NCBI RefSeq assembly: GCF_009914755.1
Contig: NC_060939.1
Source: the human T2T-CHM13v2.0 reference genome, Homo sapiens
DNA length: 64,000 nt
Reading direction: 5' to 3' (one strand)
The position numbers and the translations under genes were made by a program. Of this stretch, positions 12,820 to 27,800 are shown piece after piece (position 1 is the first letter of the stretch; each line of letters opens with the position of its first letter). The notes under the pieces are model-generated. The model searched no databases and was not told the origin of the DNA. It was given only the letters and a program-made list of their open reading frames with translations.

Positions 12820-15800
12820 CATTCTGTTCCATTCCATTCCGTTCCATTGCATTCCATTCCATTCGGTACCATTCCATATTGTTCCATTCGATTCCATTCG
12901 AATCCATTCCATTCCAGTCCATTCCATTCGATTCCATTCCATTCCTTTCAATTCCATTCCATTCCATTCCATTCCACTTGATTCCACTCCATTCCCTTCC
13001 ACTGCATTCCATTCGATTCCATTCCATTGCATTGCATTCCATTCCATTGGACTGCATTCCATTCGATTCCATTCCATTCGAATCAATTACATAGCAATCC
13101 ATTACATTCGAGTCTATTCTATTACGTTCCATTCGATTTCGTTCCAATCCATTCGATTCCATTCCATTCGATTCCATTCCATACTATTGCATTCCATTCG
13201 ATTACATTATATTCGAATAAGTTCCATTCAAGACCATTTCTTTTGAGTCCATTCTATTTGAGTCCATTCCCTTTGATTCCATAACATTTGAGTCCATTCA
13301 ATTCCATTCCTTTCGTTTCCATTCCATTTGATGCCATTCCATTCAATTCTGTTCTACTCGACTCCAATACATTCAATTCCATTCCATCCGATTCCATTAC
13401 ATTCTTTTCATTTCTTATCCATTTCAAGCCATTCCACTCCATTCCATTCCACTCGTTTCCTTTCCATTCGAGTCCATTCCTCTCCAGTCCATTCCGTTCA
13501 ATCCATTCCATTCCAGTCCATTCCATTCGAGTCCGTTCCATTCCAGTCCATTCCATTCGAGTCAATTCCATCCCATTCGATGTCTTTCCATAACGATCCA
13601 TTCCATTCTATTCCTTTCGATTCCATTCCATTCTATTTCATTCCATTCGATTCCCTTCCATTGGACTCCTTTCCATTCGAGTGCATTCCATTCCGTTCCA
13701 TTTCTTTCCGTTCTGTACGATTCCTACCGTTCGATTTCATTTTGTTCCAGTCCATTCCTTTCGCGTCCATTCCATTCCATTTCACTCCATTCGATTCCAT
13801 TCCACTCGATTCCACTTCGTTCCATTTCATTGCATTCCATTCTATTCAACTCTATTGCCTTCCATTCCATTCCATTCGATTACATTCCATGCGATTCCAT
13901 TCGAAATCGAATCAATTACATTGCAATCCATTACTATTGAGTCCGTTTTATTCCAGTCCACTGCATTCTGGTCCATTCCATTTGATTCCATTCCATTCTA
14001 TTCCATTCCATACAGTTGCATTCCATTGGATTCCATTCTATATCTATAAATTCAATTCGAGACCATTGCTTTTGAATCCATTCCATATGATTCCATTCCA
14101 TTCAAGTCCATTACATTTGGTTCAATTCCATTCCATTCCATTCCCTTCCATTCCATTCCAGTTGATATCAATCCATTCGATTCCATTCCATTCGAGCACA
14201 TTCCATTCGAGTCCATTCCATTCGATGCCATTCCATTTGATTCTGTTCCATTAGTCTCCATTCAATTCCATTAATCTCCATTCCATTCCATTCTACTCCA
14301 ACTGATTCCATTCCATTCTATTCCTTTCCATTCCATTTCATTCCATTCCATTCCATTTCATTCCATTCCATTCCATTCGTGTCCATTCCACTCCAGTGCA
14401 TTCCATTCGTGTCCATTCCATTCCAGTCCATTCCATTTGTGTCCACTGCATTCCATTCCACTCCATTCCATATTATTCCATTACACTCCATTCCATTCTA
14501 TTACTTTCATTTCCATTCAATTCCAGTCCATTTGATTCCATTCCACTCGGTTTCATTCCATTTGAGTCCACTCCATTCCATTCCATTCCATTCAGTTCCA
14601 TTCCATTCTGTTCCATTCCATTCCGTTCCATTACATTCCATTCCATTCGGTACCATTCCATATTGTTCCATTCGATTCCATTCGAATCCATTCCATTCCA
14701 GTCCATTCCATTCGATACCATTCCATTCATTTCAATTCCATTCCATTCCATTCCATTCCATTCCACTTGATTCCTCTCCATTCCCTTCCACTGCATTCCG
14801 TTCGATTCCATTCCATTGCATTGCATTCCATTCCATTGGATTGCATTCCATTCGATTCCATTCCATTCGAATCAATTACATAGCAATCCATTACATTCGA
14901 GTCTATTCTATTCCGTTCCATTCGATTTCGTTCCAATCCATTCGATTCCATTCCATTCGATTCCATTCCATACTATTGCATTCCATTCGATTACATTATA
15001 TTCGAATAAGTTCCATTCAAGACCATTTCTTTTGAGTCCATTCTATTTGAGTCCATTCCCTTTGATTCCATAACATTTGAGTCCATTCAATTCCATTCCT
15101 TTCGTTTCCATTCCATTTGATGCCATTCCATTCAATTCTGTTCTACTCGACTCCAATACATTCAATTCCATTCCATCCGATTCCATTACATTCTTTTCAT
15201 TTCTTATCCATTTCAAGCCATTCCACTCCATTCCATTCCACTCGTTTCCTTTCCATTCGAGTCCATTCCTCTCCAGTCCATTCCGTTCAATCCATTCCAT
15301 TCCAGTCCATTCCATTCGAGTCCGTTCCATTCCAGTCCATTCCATTCGAGTCAATTCCATTCCATTCGATGTCTTTCCATAACGATCCATTCCATTCTAT
15401 TCCTTTCGATTCCATTCCATTCTATTTCATTCCATTCGATTCCCTTCCATTGGACTCCTTTCCATTCGAGTGCATTCCATTCCGTTCCATTTCTTTCCGT
15501 TCTGTACGATTCCTACCGTTCGATTTCATTTTGTTCCAGTTCATTCCTTTCGCGTCCATTCCATTCCATTTCACTCCATTCGATTCCATTCCCCTCGATT
15601 CCACTTCGTTCCATTTCATTGCATTCCATTCTATTCAACTCTATTGCCTTCCATTCCATTCCATTCGATTACATTCCATGCGATTCCATTCGAAATCGAA
15701 TCAATTACATTGCAATCCATTACTATTGAGTCCATTTTATTCCAGTCCACTGCATTCTGGTCCATTCCATTTGATTCCATTCCATTCTATTCCATTCCAT

Positions 15801-18800
15801 ACAGTTGCATTCCATTGGATTCCATTCTATATCTTTAAATTCAATTCGAGACCATTGCTTTTGAGTCCATTCTATATGATTCCATTCCATTCAAGTCCAT
15901 TACATTTGGTTCAATTCCATTCCATTCCATTCCCTTCCATTCCATTCCAGTTGATATCAATCCATTCGATTCCATTCCATTCGAGCACATTCCATTCGAG
16001 TCCATTCCATTCGATGCCATTCCATTTGATTCTATTCCATTAGTCTCCATTCAATTCCATTAATCTCCATTCCATTCCATTCTACTCCAACTGATTCCAT
16101 TCCATTCTATTCCTTTCCATTCCATTTCATTCCATTCCATTCCATTTCATTCCATTCCATTCCATTCCATTCCATTCGCTTCCATTCCATTCGTGTCCAT
16201 TCCATTCCAGTCCATTCCATTTGTGTCCACTGCATTCCATTCCACTCCATTCCATATTATTCCATTACACTCCATTCAATTCTATTACTTTCATTTCCAT
16301 TCAATTCCATTCCATTTGATTCCATTCCACTCGGTTTCATTCCATTTGAGTCCACTCCATTCCATTCCATTCCATTCCATTCAGTTCCATTCCATTCTGT
16401 TCCATTCCATTCCGTTCCATTACATTCCATTCCATTCGGTACCATTCCATATTGTTCCATTCGATTCCATTCGAATCCATTCCATTCCAGTCCATTCCAT
16501 TCGATTCCATTCCATTCATTTCAATTCCATTCCATTCCATTCCATTACATTCCACTTGATTCCTCTCCATTCCCTTCCACTGCATTCCGTTCGATTCCAT
16601 TCCATTGCATTGCATTCCATTCCATTGGATTGCATTCCATTCGATTCCATTCCATTCGAATCAATTACATAGCAATCCATTACATTCGAGTCTATTCTAT
16701 TCCGTTCCATTCGATTTCGTTCCAATCCATTCGATTCCATTCCATTCGATTCCATTCCATACTATTGCATTCCATTCGATTACATTATATTCGAATAAGT
16801 TCCATTCAAGACCATTTCTTTTGAGTCCATTCTATTTGAGTCCATTCCCTTTGATTCCATAACATTTGAGTCCATTCAATTCCATTCCTTTCGTTTCCAT
16901 TCCATTTGATGCCATTCCATTCAATTCTGTTCTACTCGACTCCAATACATTCAATTCCATTCCATCCGATTCCATTACATTCTTTTCATTTCTTATCCAT
17001 TTCAAGCCATTCCACTCCATTCCATTCCACTCGTTTCCTTTCCATTCGAGTCCATTCCTCTCCAGTCCATTCCGTTCAATCCATTCCATTCCAGTCCATT
17101 CCATTCGAGTCCGTTCCATTCCAGTCCATTCCATTCGAGTCAATTCCATTCCATTCGATGTCTTTCCATAACGATCCATTCCATTCTATTCCTTTCGATT
17201 CCATTCCATTCTATTTCATTCCATTCGATTCCCTTCCATTGGACTCCTTTCCATTCGAGTGCATTCCATTCCGTTCCATTTCTTTCCGTTCTGTACGATT
17301 CCTACCGTTCAATTTCATTTTGTTCCAGTCCATTCCTTTCGCGTCCATTCCATTCCATTTCACTCCATTCGATTCCATTCCACTCGATTCCACTTCGTTC
17401 CATTTCATTGCATTCCATTCTATTCACTCTATTGCCTTCCATTCCATTCCATTCGATTACATTCCATGCGATTCCATTCGAAATCGAATCAATTACATTG
17501 CAATCCATTACTATTGAGTCCGTTTTATTCCAGTCCACTGCATTCTGGTCCATTCCATTTGATTCCATTCCATTCTATTCCATTCCATACAGTTGCATTC
17601 CATTGGATTCCATGCTATATCTATAAATTCAATTCGAGACCATTGCTTTTGAGTCCATTCTATATGATTCCATTCCATTCAAATCCATTACATTTGGTTC
17701 AATTCCATTCCATTCCATTCCCTTCCATTCCATTCCATTTGATATCAATCCATTCGATTCCATTCCATTCGAGCACATTCCATTCGAGTCCATTCCATTC
17801 GATGCCATTCCATTTGATTCTATTCCATTAGTCTCCATTCAATTCCATTAATCTCCATTCCATTCCATTCTACTCCAACTGATTCCATTCCATTCTATTC
17901 CTTTCCATTCCATTTCACTCCATTCCATTCCATTTCATTCCATTCCATTCCATTCGTGTCCATTCCACTCCAGTCCATTCCATTCGTGTCCATTCCATTC
18001 CAGTCCATTCCATTTGTGTCCACTGCATTCCATTCCACTCCATTCCATATTATTCCATTACACTCCATTCCATTCTATTACTTTCATTTCCATTCAATTC
18101 CATTCCATTTGATTCCATTCCACTCGAATTCATTCCATTTGAGTCCACTCCATTCCATTCCATTCCATTCCATTCAGTTCCATTCCATTCTGTTCCATTC
18201 CATTCCGTTCCATTGCATTCCATTCCATTCGGTACCATTCCATATTGTTCCATTCGATTCCATTCGAATCCATTCCATTCCAGTCCATTCCATTCGATTC
18301 CATTCCATTCATTTCAATTCCATTCCATTCCATTCCATTCCGCTTGATTCCACTCCATTCCCTTCCACTGCATTCCATTGCATTGCATTCCATTCCATTG
18401 GATTGCATTCCATTCGATTCCATTCCATTCGAATCAATTACATAGCAATCCATTACATTCGAGTCTATTCTCTTCCGTTCCATTCGATTTCGTTCCAATC
18501 CATTCGATTCCATTCCATTCGATTCCATTCCATACTATTGCATTCCATTCGATTACATTATATTCGAATAAGTTCCATTCAAGACCATTTCTTTTGAGTC
18601 CATTCTATTTGAGTCCATTCCCTTTGATTCCATAACATTTGAGTCCATTCAATTCCATTCCTTTCGTTTCCATTCCATTTGATGCCATTCCATTCAATTC
18701 TGTTCTACTCGACTCCAATACATTCAATTCCATTCCATCCGATTCCATTACATTCTTTTCATTTCTTATCCATTTCAAGCCATTCCACTCCATTCCATTC

Positions 18801-21800
18801 CACTCGTTTCCTTTCCATTCGAGTCCATTCCTCTCCAGTCCATTGCGTTCAATCCATTCCATTCCAGTCCATTCCATTCGAGTCCGTTCCATTCCAGTCC
18901 ATTCCATTCGAGTCAATTCCATTCCATTCGATGTCTTTCCATAACGATCCATTCCATTCTATTCCTTTCGATTCCATTCCATTCTATTTCATTCCATTCG
19001 ATTCCCTTCCATTGGACTCCTTTCCATTCGAGTGCATTCCATTCCGTTCCATTTCTTTCCGTTCTGTACGATTCCTACCGTTCGATTTCATTTTGTTCCA
19101 GTCCATTCTTTCGCGTCCATTCCATTCCATTTCACTCCATTCGATTCCATTCCACTCGATTCCACTTCGTTCCATTTCATTGCATTCCATTCTATTCAAC
19201 TCTATTGCCTTCCATTCCATTCCATCCGATTACATTCCATGCGATTCCATTCGAAATCGAAACAATTACATTGCAATCCATTACTATTGAGTCCGTTTTA
19301 TTCCAGTCCACTGCATTCTGGTCCATTCCATTTGATTCCATTCCATTCTATTCCATTCCATACAGTTGCATTCCATTGGATTCCATTCTATATCTATAAA
19401 TTCAATTCGAGACCATTGCTTTTGAGTCCATTCTATATGATTCCATTCCATTCAAGTCCATTACATTTGGTTCAATTCCATTCCATTCCATTCCCTTCCA
19501 TTCCATTCCATTTGATATCAATCCATTCGATTCCATTCCATTCGAGCACATTCCATTCGAGTCCATTCCATTCGATGCCATTCCATTTGATTCTATTCCA
19601 TTAGTCTCCATTCAATTCCATTAATCTCCATTCCATTCCATTCTACTCCAACTGATTCCATTCCATTCTATTCCTTTCCATTCCATTTCACTCCATTCCA
19701 TTCCATTTCATTCCATTCCATTCCATTCGTGTCCATTCCACTCCAGTCCATTCCATTCGTGTCCATTCCATTCCAGTCCATTCCATTTGTGTCCACTGCA
19801 TTCCATTCCACTCCATTCCATATTATTCCATTACACTCCATTCCATTCTATTACTTTCATTTCCATTCAATTCCATTCCATTTGATTCCATTCCACTCGA
19901 ATTCATTCCATTTGAGTCCACTCCATTCCATTCCATTCCATTCCATTCAGTTCCATTCCATTCTGTTCCATTCCATTCCGTTCCATTGCATTCCATTCCA
20001 TTCGGTACCATTCCATATTGTTCCATTCGATTCCATTCGAATCCATTCCATTCCAGTCCATTCCATTCGATTCCATTCCATTCATTTCAATTCCATTCCA
20101 TTCCATTCCATTCCGCTTGATTCCACTCCATTCCCTTCCACTGCATTCCATTGCATTGCATTCCATTCCATTGGATTGCATTCCATTCGATTCCATTCCA
20201 TTCGAATCAATTACATAGCAATCCATTACATTCGAGTCTATTCTCTTCCGTTCCATTCGATTTCGTTCCAATCCATTCGATTCCATTCCATTCGATTCCA
20301 TTCCATACTATTGCATTCCATTCGATTACATTATATTCGAATAAGTTCCATTCAAGACCATTTCTTTTGAGTCCATTCTATTTGAGTCCATTCCCTTTGA
20401 TTCCATAACATTTGAGTCCATTCAATTCCATTCCTTTCGTTTCCATTCCATTTGATGCCATTCCATTCAATTCTGTTCTACTCGACTCCAATACATTCAA
20501 TTCCATTCCATCCGATTCCATTACATTCTTTTCATTTCTTATCCATTTCAAGCCATTCCACTCCATTCCATTCCACTCGTTTCCTTTCCATTCGAGTCCA
20601 TTCCTCTCCAGTCCATTGCGTTCAATCCATTCCATTCCAGTCCATTCCATTCGAGTCCGTTCCATTCCAGTCCATTCCATTCGAGTCAATTCCATTCCAT
20701 TCGATGTCTTTCCATAACGATCCATTCCATTCTATTCCTTTCGATTCCATTCCATTCTATTTCATTCCATTCGATTCCCTTCCATTGGACTCCTTTCCAT
20801 TCGAGTGCATTCCATTCCGTTCCATTTCTTTCCGTTCTGTACGATTCCTACCGTTCGATTTCATTTTGTTCCAGTCCATTCTTTCGCGTCCATTCCATTC
20901 CATTTCACTCCATTCGATTCCATTCCACTCGATTCCACTTCGTTCCATTTCATTGCATTCCATTCTATTCAACTCTATTGCCTTCCATTCCATTCCATCC
21001 GATTACATTCCATGCGATTCCATTCGAAATCGAAACAATTACATTGCAATCCATTACTATTGAGTCCGTTTTATTCCAGTCCACTGCATTCTGGTCCATT
21101 CCATTTGATTCCATTCCATTCTATTCCATTCCATACAGTTGCATTCCATTGGATTCCATTCTATATCTATAAATTCAATTCGAGACCATTGCTTTTGAGT
21201 CCATTCTATATGATTCCATTCCATTCAAGTCCATTACATTTGGTTCAATTCCATTCCATTCCATTCCCTTCCATTCCATTCCAGTTGATATCAATCCATT
21301 CGATTCCATTCCATTCGAGCACATTCCATTCGAGTCCATTCCATTCGATGCCATTCCATTTGATTCTATTCCATTAGTCTCCATTCAATTCCATTAATCT
21401 CCATTCCATTCCATTCTACTCCAACTGATTCCATTCCATTCTATTCCTTTCCATTCCATTTTATTCCATTCCATTCCATTTCATTCCATTCCATTCCATT
21501 CGTGTCCATTCCACTCCAGTCCATTCCATTCGTGTCCATTCCATTCCAGTCCATTCCATTTGTGTCCACTGCATTCCATTCCACTCCATTCCATATTATT
21601 CCATTACACTCCATTCCATTCTATTACTTTCATTTCCATTGAATTCCATTCCATTTGATTCCATTCCACTCGGTTTCATTCCATTTGAGTCCACTCCATT
21701 CCATTCCATTCCATTCCATTCAGTTCCATTCCATTCTGTTCCATTCCATTCCGTTCCATTACATTCCATTCCATTCGGTACCATTCCATATTGTTCCATT

Positions 21801-24800
21801 CGATTCCATTCGAATCCATTCCATTCCAGTCCATTCCATTCGATTCCATTCCATTCATTTCAATTCCATTCCATTCCATTCCATTACATTCCACTTGATT
21901 CCTCTCCATTCCCTTCCACTGCATTCCGTTCGATTCCATTCCATTGCATTGCATTCCATTCCATTGGATTGCATTCCATTCGATTCCATTCCATTCGAAT
22001 CAATTACATAGCAATCCATTACATTCGAGTCTATTCTATTCCGTTCCATTCGATTTCGTTCCAATCCATTCGATTCCATTCCATTCGATTCCATTCCATA
22101 CTATTGCATTCCATTCGATTACATTATATTCGAATAAGTTCCATTCAAGACCATTTCTTTTGAGTCCATTCTATTTGAGTCCATTCCCTTTGATTCCATA
22201 ACATTTGAGTCCATTCAATTCCATTCCTTTCGTTTCCATTCCATTTGATGCCATTCCATTCAATTCTGTTCTACTCGACTCCAATACATTCAATTCCATT
22301 CCATCCGATTCCATTACATTCTTTTCATTTCTTATCCATTTCAAGCCATTCCACTCCATTCCATTCCACTCGTTTCCTTTCCATTCGAGTCCATTCCTCT
22401 CCAGTCCATTCCGTTCAATCCATTCCATTCCAGTCCATTCCATTCGAGTCCGTTCCATTCCAGTCCATTCCATTCGAGTCAATTCCATCCCATTCGATGT
22501 CTTTCCATAACGATCCATTCCATTCTATTCCTTTCGATTCCATTCCATTCTATTTCATTCCATTCGATTCCCTTCCATTGGACTCCTTTCCATTCGAGTG
22601 CATTCCATTCCGTTCCATTTCTTTCCGTTCTGTACGATTCCTACCGTTCGATTTCATTTTGTTCCAGTCCATTCCTTTCGCGTCCATTCCATTCCATTTC
22701 ACTCCATTCGATTCCATTCCACTCGATTCCACTTCGTTCCATTTCATTGCATTCCATTCTATTCAACTCTATTGCCTTCCATTCCATTCCATTCGATTAC
22801 ATTCCATGCGATTCCATTCGAAATCGAATCAATTACATTGCAATCCATTACTATTGAGTCCGTTTTATTCCAGTCCACTGCATTCTGGTCCATTCCATTT
22901 GATTCCATTCCATTCTATTCCATTCCATACAGTTGCATTCCATTGGATTCCATGCTATATCTATAAATTCAATTCGAGACCATTGCTTTTGAGTCCATTC
23001 TATATGATTCCATTCCATTCAAGTCCATTACATTTGGTTCAATTCCATTCCATTCCATTCCCTTCCATTCCATTCCAGTTGATATCAATCCATTCGATTC
23101 CATTCCATTCGAGCACATTCCATTCGAGTCCATTCCATTCGATGCCATTCCATTTGATTCTATTCCATTAGTCTCCATTCAATTCCATTAATCTCCATTC
23201 CATTCCATTCTAATCCAACTGATTCCATTCCATTCTATTCCTTTCCATTCCATTTCATTCCATTCCATTCCATTTCATTCCATTCCATTCCATTCGCTTC
23301 CATTCCATTCGTGTCCATTCCACTCCAGTCCATTCCATTCGTGTCCATTCCATTCCAGTCCATTCCATTTGTGTCCACTGCATTCCATTCCACTCCATTC
23401 CATATTATTCCATTACACTCCATTCCATTCTATTACTTTCATTTCCATTCAATTCCATTCCATTTGATTCCATTCCACTCGGTTTCATTCCATTTGAGTC
23501 CACTCCATTCCATTCCATTCAGTTCCATTCCATTCTGTTCCATTCCATTCCGTTCCATTGCATTCCATTCCATTCGGTACCATTCCATATTGTTCCATTC
23601 GATTCCATTCGAATCCATTCCATTCCAGTCCATTCCATTCGATTCCATTCCATTCCTTTCAATTCCATTCCATTCCATTCCATTCCACTTGATTCCACTC
23701 CATTCCCTTCCACTGCATTCCATTCGATTCCATTCCATTGCATTGCATTCCATTCCATTGGACTGCATTCCATTCGATTCCATTCCATTCGAATCAATTA
23801 CATAGCAATCCATTACATTCGAGTCTATTCTATTACGTTCCATTCGATTTCGTTCCAATCCATTCGATTCCATTCCATTCGATTCCATTCCATACTATTG
23901 CATTCCATTCTATTACATTATATTCGAATAAGTTCCATTCAAGACCATTTCTTTTGAGTCCATTCTATTTGAGTCCATTCCCTTTGATTCCATAACATTT
24001 GAGTCCATTCAATTCCATTCCTTTCGTTTCCATTCCATTTGATGCCATTCCATTCAATTCTGTTCTACTCGACTCCAATACATTCAATTCCATTCCATCC
24101 GATTCCATTACATTCTTTTCATTTCTTATCCATTTCAAGCCATTCCACTCCATTCCATTCCACTCGTTTCCTTTCCATTCGAGTCCATTCCTCTCCAGTC
24201 CATTCCGTTCAATCCATTCCATTCCAGTCCATTCCATTCGAGTCCGTTCCATTCCAGTCCATTCCATTCGAGTCAATTCCATTCCATTCGATGTCTTTCC
24301 ATAACGATCCATTCCATTCTATTCCTTTCGATTCCATTCCATTCTATTTCATTCCATTCGATTCCCTTCCATTGGACTCCTTTCCATTCGAGTGCATTCC
24401 ATTCCGTTCCATTTCTTTCCGTTCTGTACGATTCCTACCGTTCGATTTCATTTTGTTCCAGTCCATTCCTTTCGCGTCCATTCCATTCCATTTCACTCCA
24501 TTCGATTCCATTCCACTCGATTCCACTTCGTTCCATTTCATTGCATTCCATTCTATTCAACTCTATTGCCTTCCATTCCATTCCATTCGATTACATTCCA
24601 TGCGATTCCATTCGAAATCGAATCAATTACATTGCAATCCATTACTATTGAGTCCGTTTTATTCCAGTCCACTGCATTCTGGTCCATTCCATTTGATTCC
24701 ATTCCATTCTATTCCATTCCATACAGTTGCATTCCATTGGATTCCATTCTATATCTATAAATTCAATTCGAGACCATTGCTTTTGAATCCATTCCATATG

Positions 24801-27800
24801 ATTCCATTCCATTCAAGTCCATTACATTTGGTTCAATTCCATTCCATTCCATTCCCTTCCATTCCATTCCAGTTGATATCAATCCATTCGATTCCATTCC
24901 ATTCGAGCACATTCCATTCGAGTCCATTCCATTCGATGCCATTCCATTTGATTCTATTCCATTAGTCTCCATTCAATTCCATTAATCTCCATTCCATTCC
25001 ATTCTACTCCAACTGATTCCATTCCATTCTATTCCTTTCCATTCCATTTCATTCCATTCCATTCCATTTCATTCCATTCCATTCCATTCGTGTCCATTCC
25101 ACTCCAGTGCATTCCATTCGTGTCCATTCCATTCCAGTCCATTCCATTTGTGTCCACTGCATTCCATTCCACTCCATTCCATATTATTCCATTACACTCC
25201 ATTCCATTCTATCACTTTCATTTCCATTCAATTCCATTCCATTTGATTCCATTCCACTCGGTTTCATTCCATTTGAGTCCACTCCATTCCATTCCATTCC
25301 ATTCAGTTCCATTCCATTCTGTTCCATTCCATTCCGTTCCATTACATTCCATTCCATTCGGTACCATTCCATATTGTTCCATTCGATTCCATTCGAATCC
25401 ATTCCATTCCAGTCCATTCCATTCGATACCATTCCATTCATTTCAATTCCATTCCATTCCATTCCATTCCATTCCACTTGATTCCTCTCCATTCCCTTCC
25501 ACTGCATTCCGTTCGATTCCATTCCATTGCATTGCATTCCATTCCATTGGATTGCATTCCATTCGATTCCATTCCATTCAAATCAATTACATAGCAATCC
25601 ATTACATTCGAGTCTATTCTATTCCGTTCCATTCGATTTCGTTCCAATCCATTCGATTCCATTCCATTCGATTCCATTCCATACTATTGCATTCCATTCG
25701 ATTACATTATATTCGAATAAGTTCCATTCAAGACCATTTCTTTTGAGTCCATTCTATTTGAGTCCATTCCCTTTGATTCCATAACATTTGAGTCCATTCA
25801 ATTCCATTCCTTTCGTTTCCATTCCATTTGATGCCATTCCATTCAATTCTGTTCTACTCGACTCCAATACATTCAATTCCATTCCATCCGATTCCATTAC
25901 ATTCTTTTCATTTCTTATCCATTTCAAGCCATTCCACTCCATTCCATTCCACTCGTTTCCTTTCCATTCGAGTCCATTCCTCTCCAGTCCATTCCGTTCA
26001 ATCCATTCCATTCCAGTCCATTCCATTCGAGTCCGTTCCATTCCAGTCCATTCCATTCGAGTCAATTCCATTCCATTAGATGTCTTTCCATAACGATCCA
26101 TTCCATTCTATTCCTTTCGATTCCATTCCATTCTATTTCATTCCATTCGATTCCCTTCCATTGGACTCCTTTCCATTCGAGTGCATTCCATTCCGTTCCA
26201 TTTCTTTCCGTTCTGTACGATTCCTACCGTTCGATTTCATTTTGTTCCAGTTCATTCCTTTCGCGTCCATTCCATTCCATTTCACTCCATTCGATTCCAT
26301 TCCCCTCGATTCCACTTCGTTCCATTTCATTGCATTCCATTCTATTCAACTCTATTGCCTTCCATTCCATTCCATTCGATTACATTCCATGCGATTCCAT
26401 TCGAAATCGAATCAATTACATTGCAATCCATTACTATTGAGTCCATTTTATTCCAGTCCACTGCATTCTGGTCCATTCCATTTGATTCCATTCCATTCTA
26501 TTCCATTCCATACAGTTGCATTCCATTGGATTCCATTCTATATCTATAAATTCAATTCGAGACCATTGCTTTTGAGTCCATTCTATATGATTCCATTCCA
26601 TTCAAGTCCATTACATTTGGTTCAATTCCATTCCATTCCATTCCCTTCCATTCCATTCCAGTTGATATCAATCCATTCGATTCCATTCCATTCGAGCACA
26701 TTCCATTCGAGTCCATTCCATTCGATGCCATTCCATTTGATTCTATTCCATTAGTCTCCATTCAATTCCATTAATCTCCATTCCATTCCATTCTACTCCA
26801 AATGATTCCATTCCATTCTATTCCTTTCCATTCCATTTCATTCCATTCCATTCCATTCCATTTCATTCCATTCCATTCCATTCCATTCCATTCCATTCGC
26901 TTCCATTCCATTCGTGTCCATTCCATTCCAGTCCATTCCATTTGTGTCCACTGCATTCCATTCCACTCCATTCCATATTATTCCATTACACTCCATTCCA
27001 TTCTATTACTTTCATTTCCATTCAATTCCATTCCATTTGATTCCATTCCACTCGGTTTCATTCCATTTGAGTCCACTCCATTCCATTCCATTCCATTCCA
27101 TTCCATTCAGTTCCATTCCATTCTGTTCCATTCCATTCCGTTCCATTACATTCCATTCCATTCGGTACCATTCCATATTGTTCCATTCGATTCCATTCGA
27201 ATCCATTCCATTCCAGTCCATTCCATTCGATTCCATTCCATTCATTTCAATTCCATTCCATTCCATTCCATTACATTCCACTTGATTCCTCTCCATTCCC
27301 TTCCACTGCATTCCGTTCGATTCCATTCCATTGCATTGCATTCCATTCCATTGGATTGCATTCCATTCGATTCCATTCCATTCGAATCAATTACATAGCA
27401 ATCCATTACATTCGAGTCTATTCTATTCCGTTCCATTCGATTTCGTTCCAATCCATTCGATTCCATTCCATTCGATTCCATTCCATACTATTGCATTCCA
27501 TTCGATTACATTATATTCGAATAAGTTCCATTCAAGACCATTTCTTTTGAGTCCATTCTATTTGAGTCCATTCCCTTTGATTCCATAACATTTGAGTCCA
27601 TTCAATTCCATTCCTTTCGTTTCCATTCCATTTGATGCCATTCCATTCAATTCTGTTCTACTCGACTCCAATACATTCAATTCCATTCCATCCGATTCCA
27701 TTACATTCTTTTCATTTCTTATCCATTTCAAGCCATTCCACTCCATTCCATTCCACTCGTTTCCTTTCCATTCGAGTCCATTCCTCTCCAGTCCATTCCG

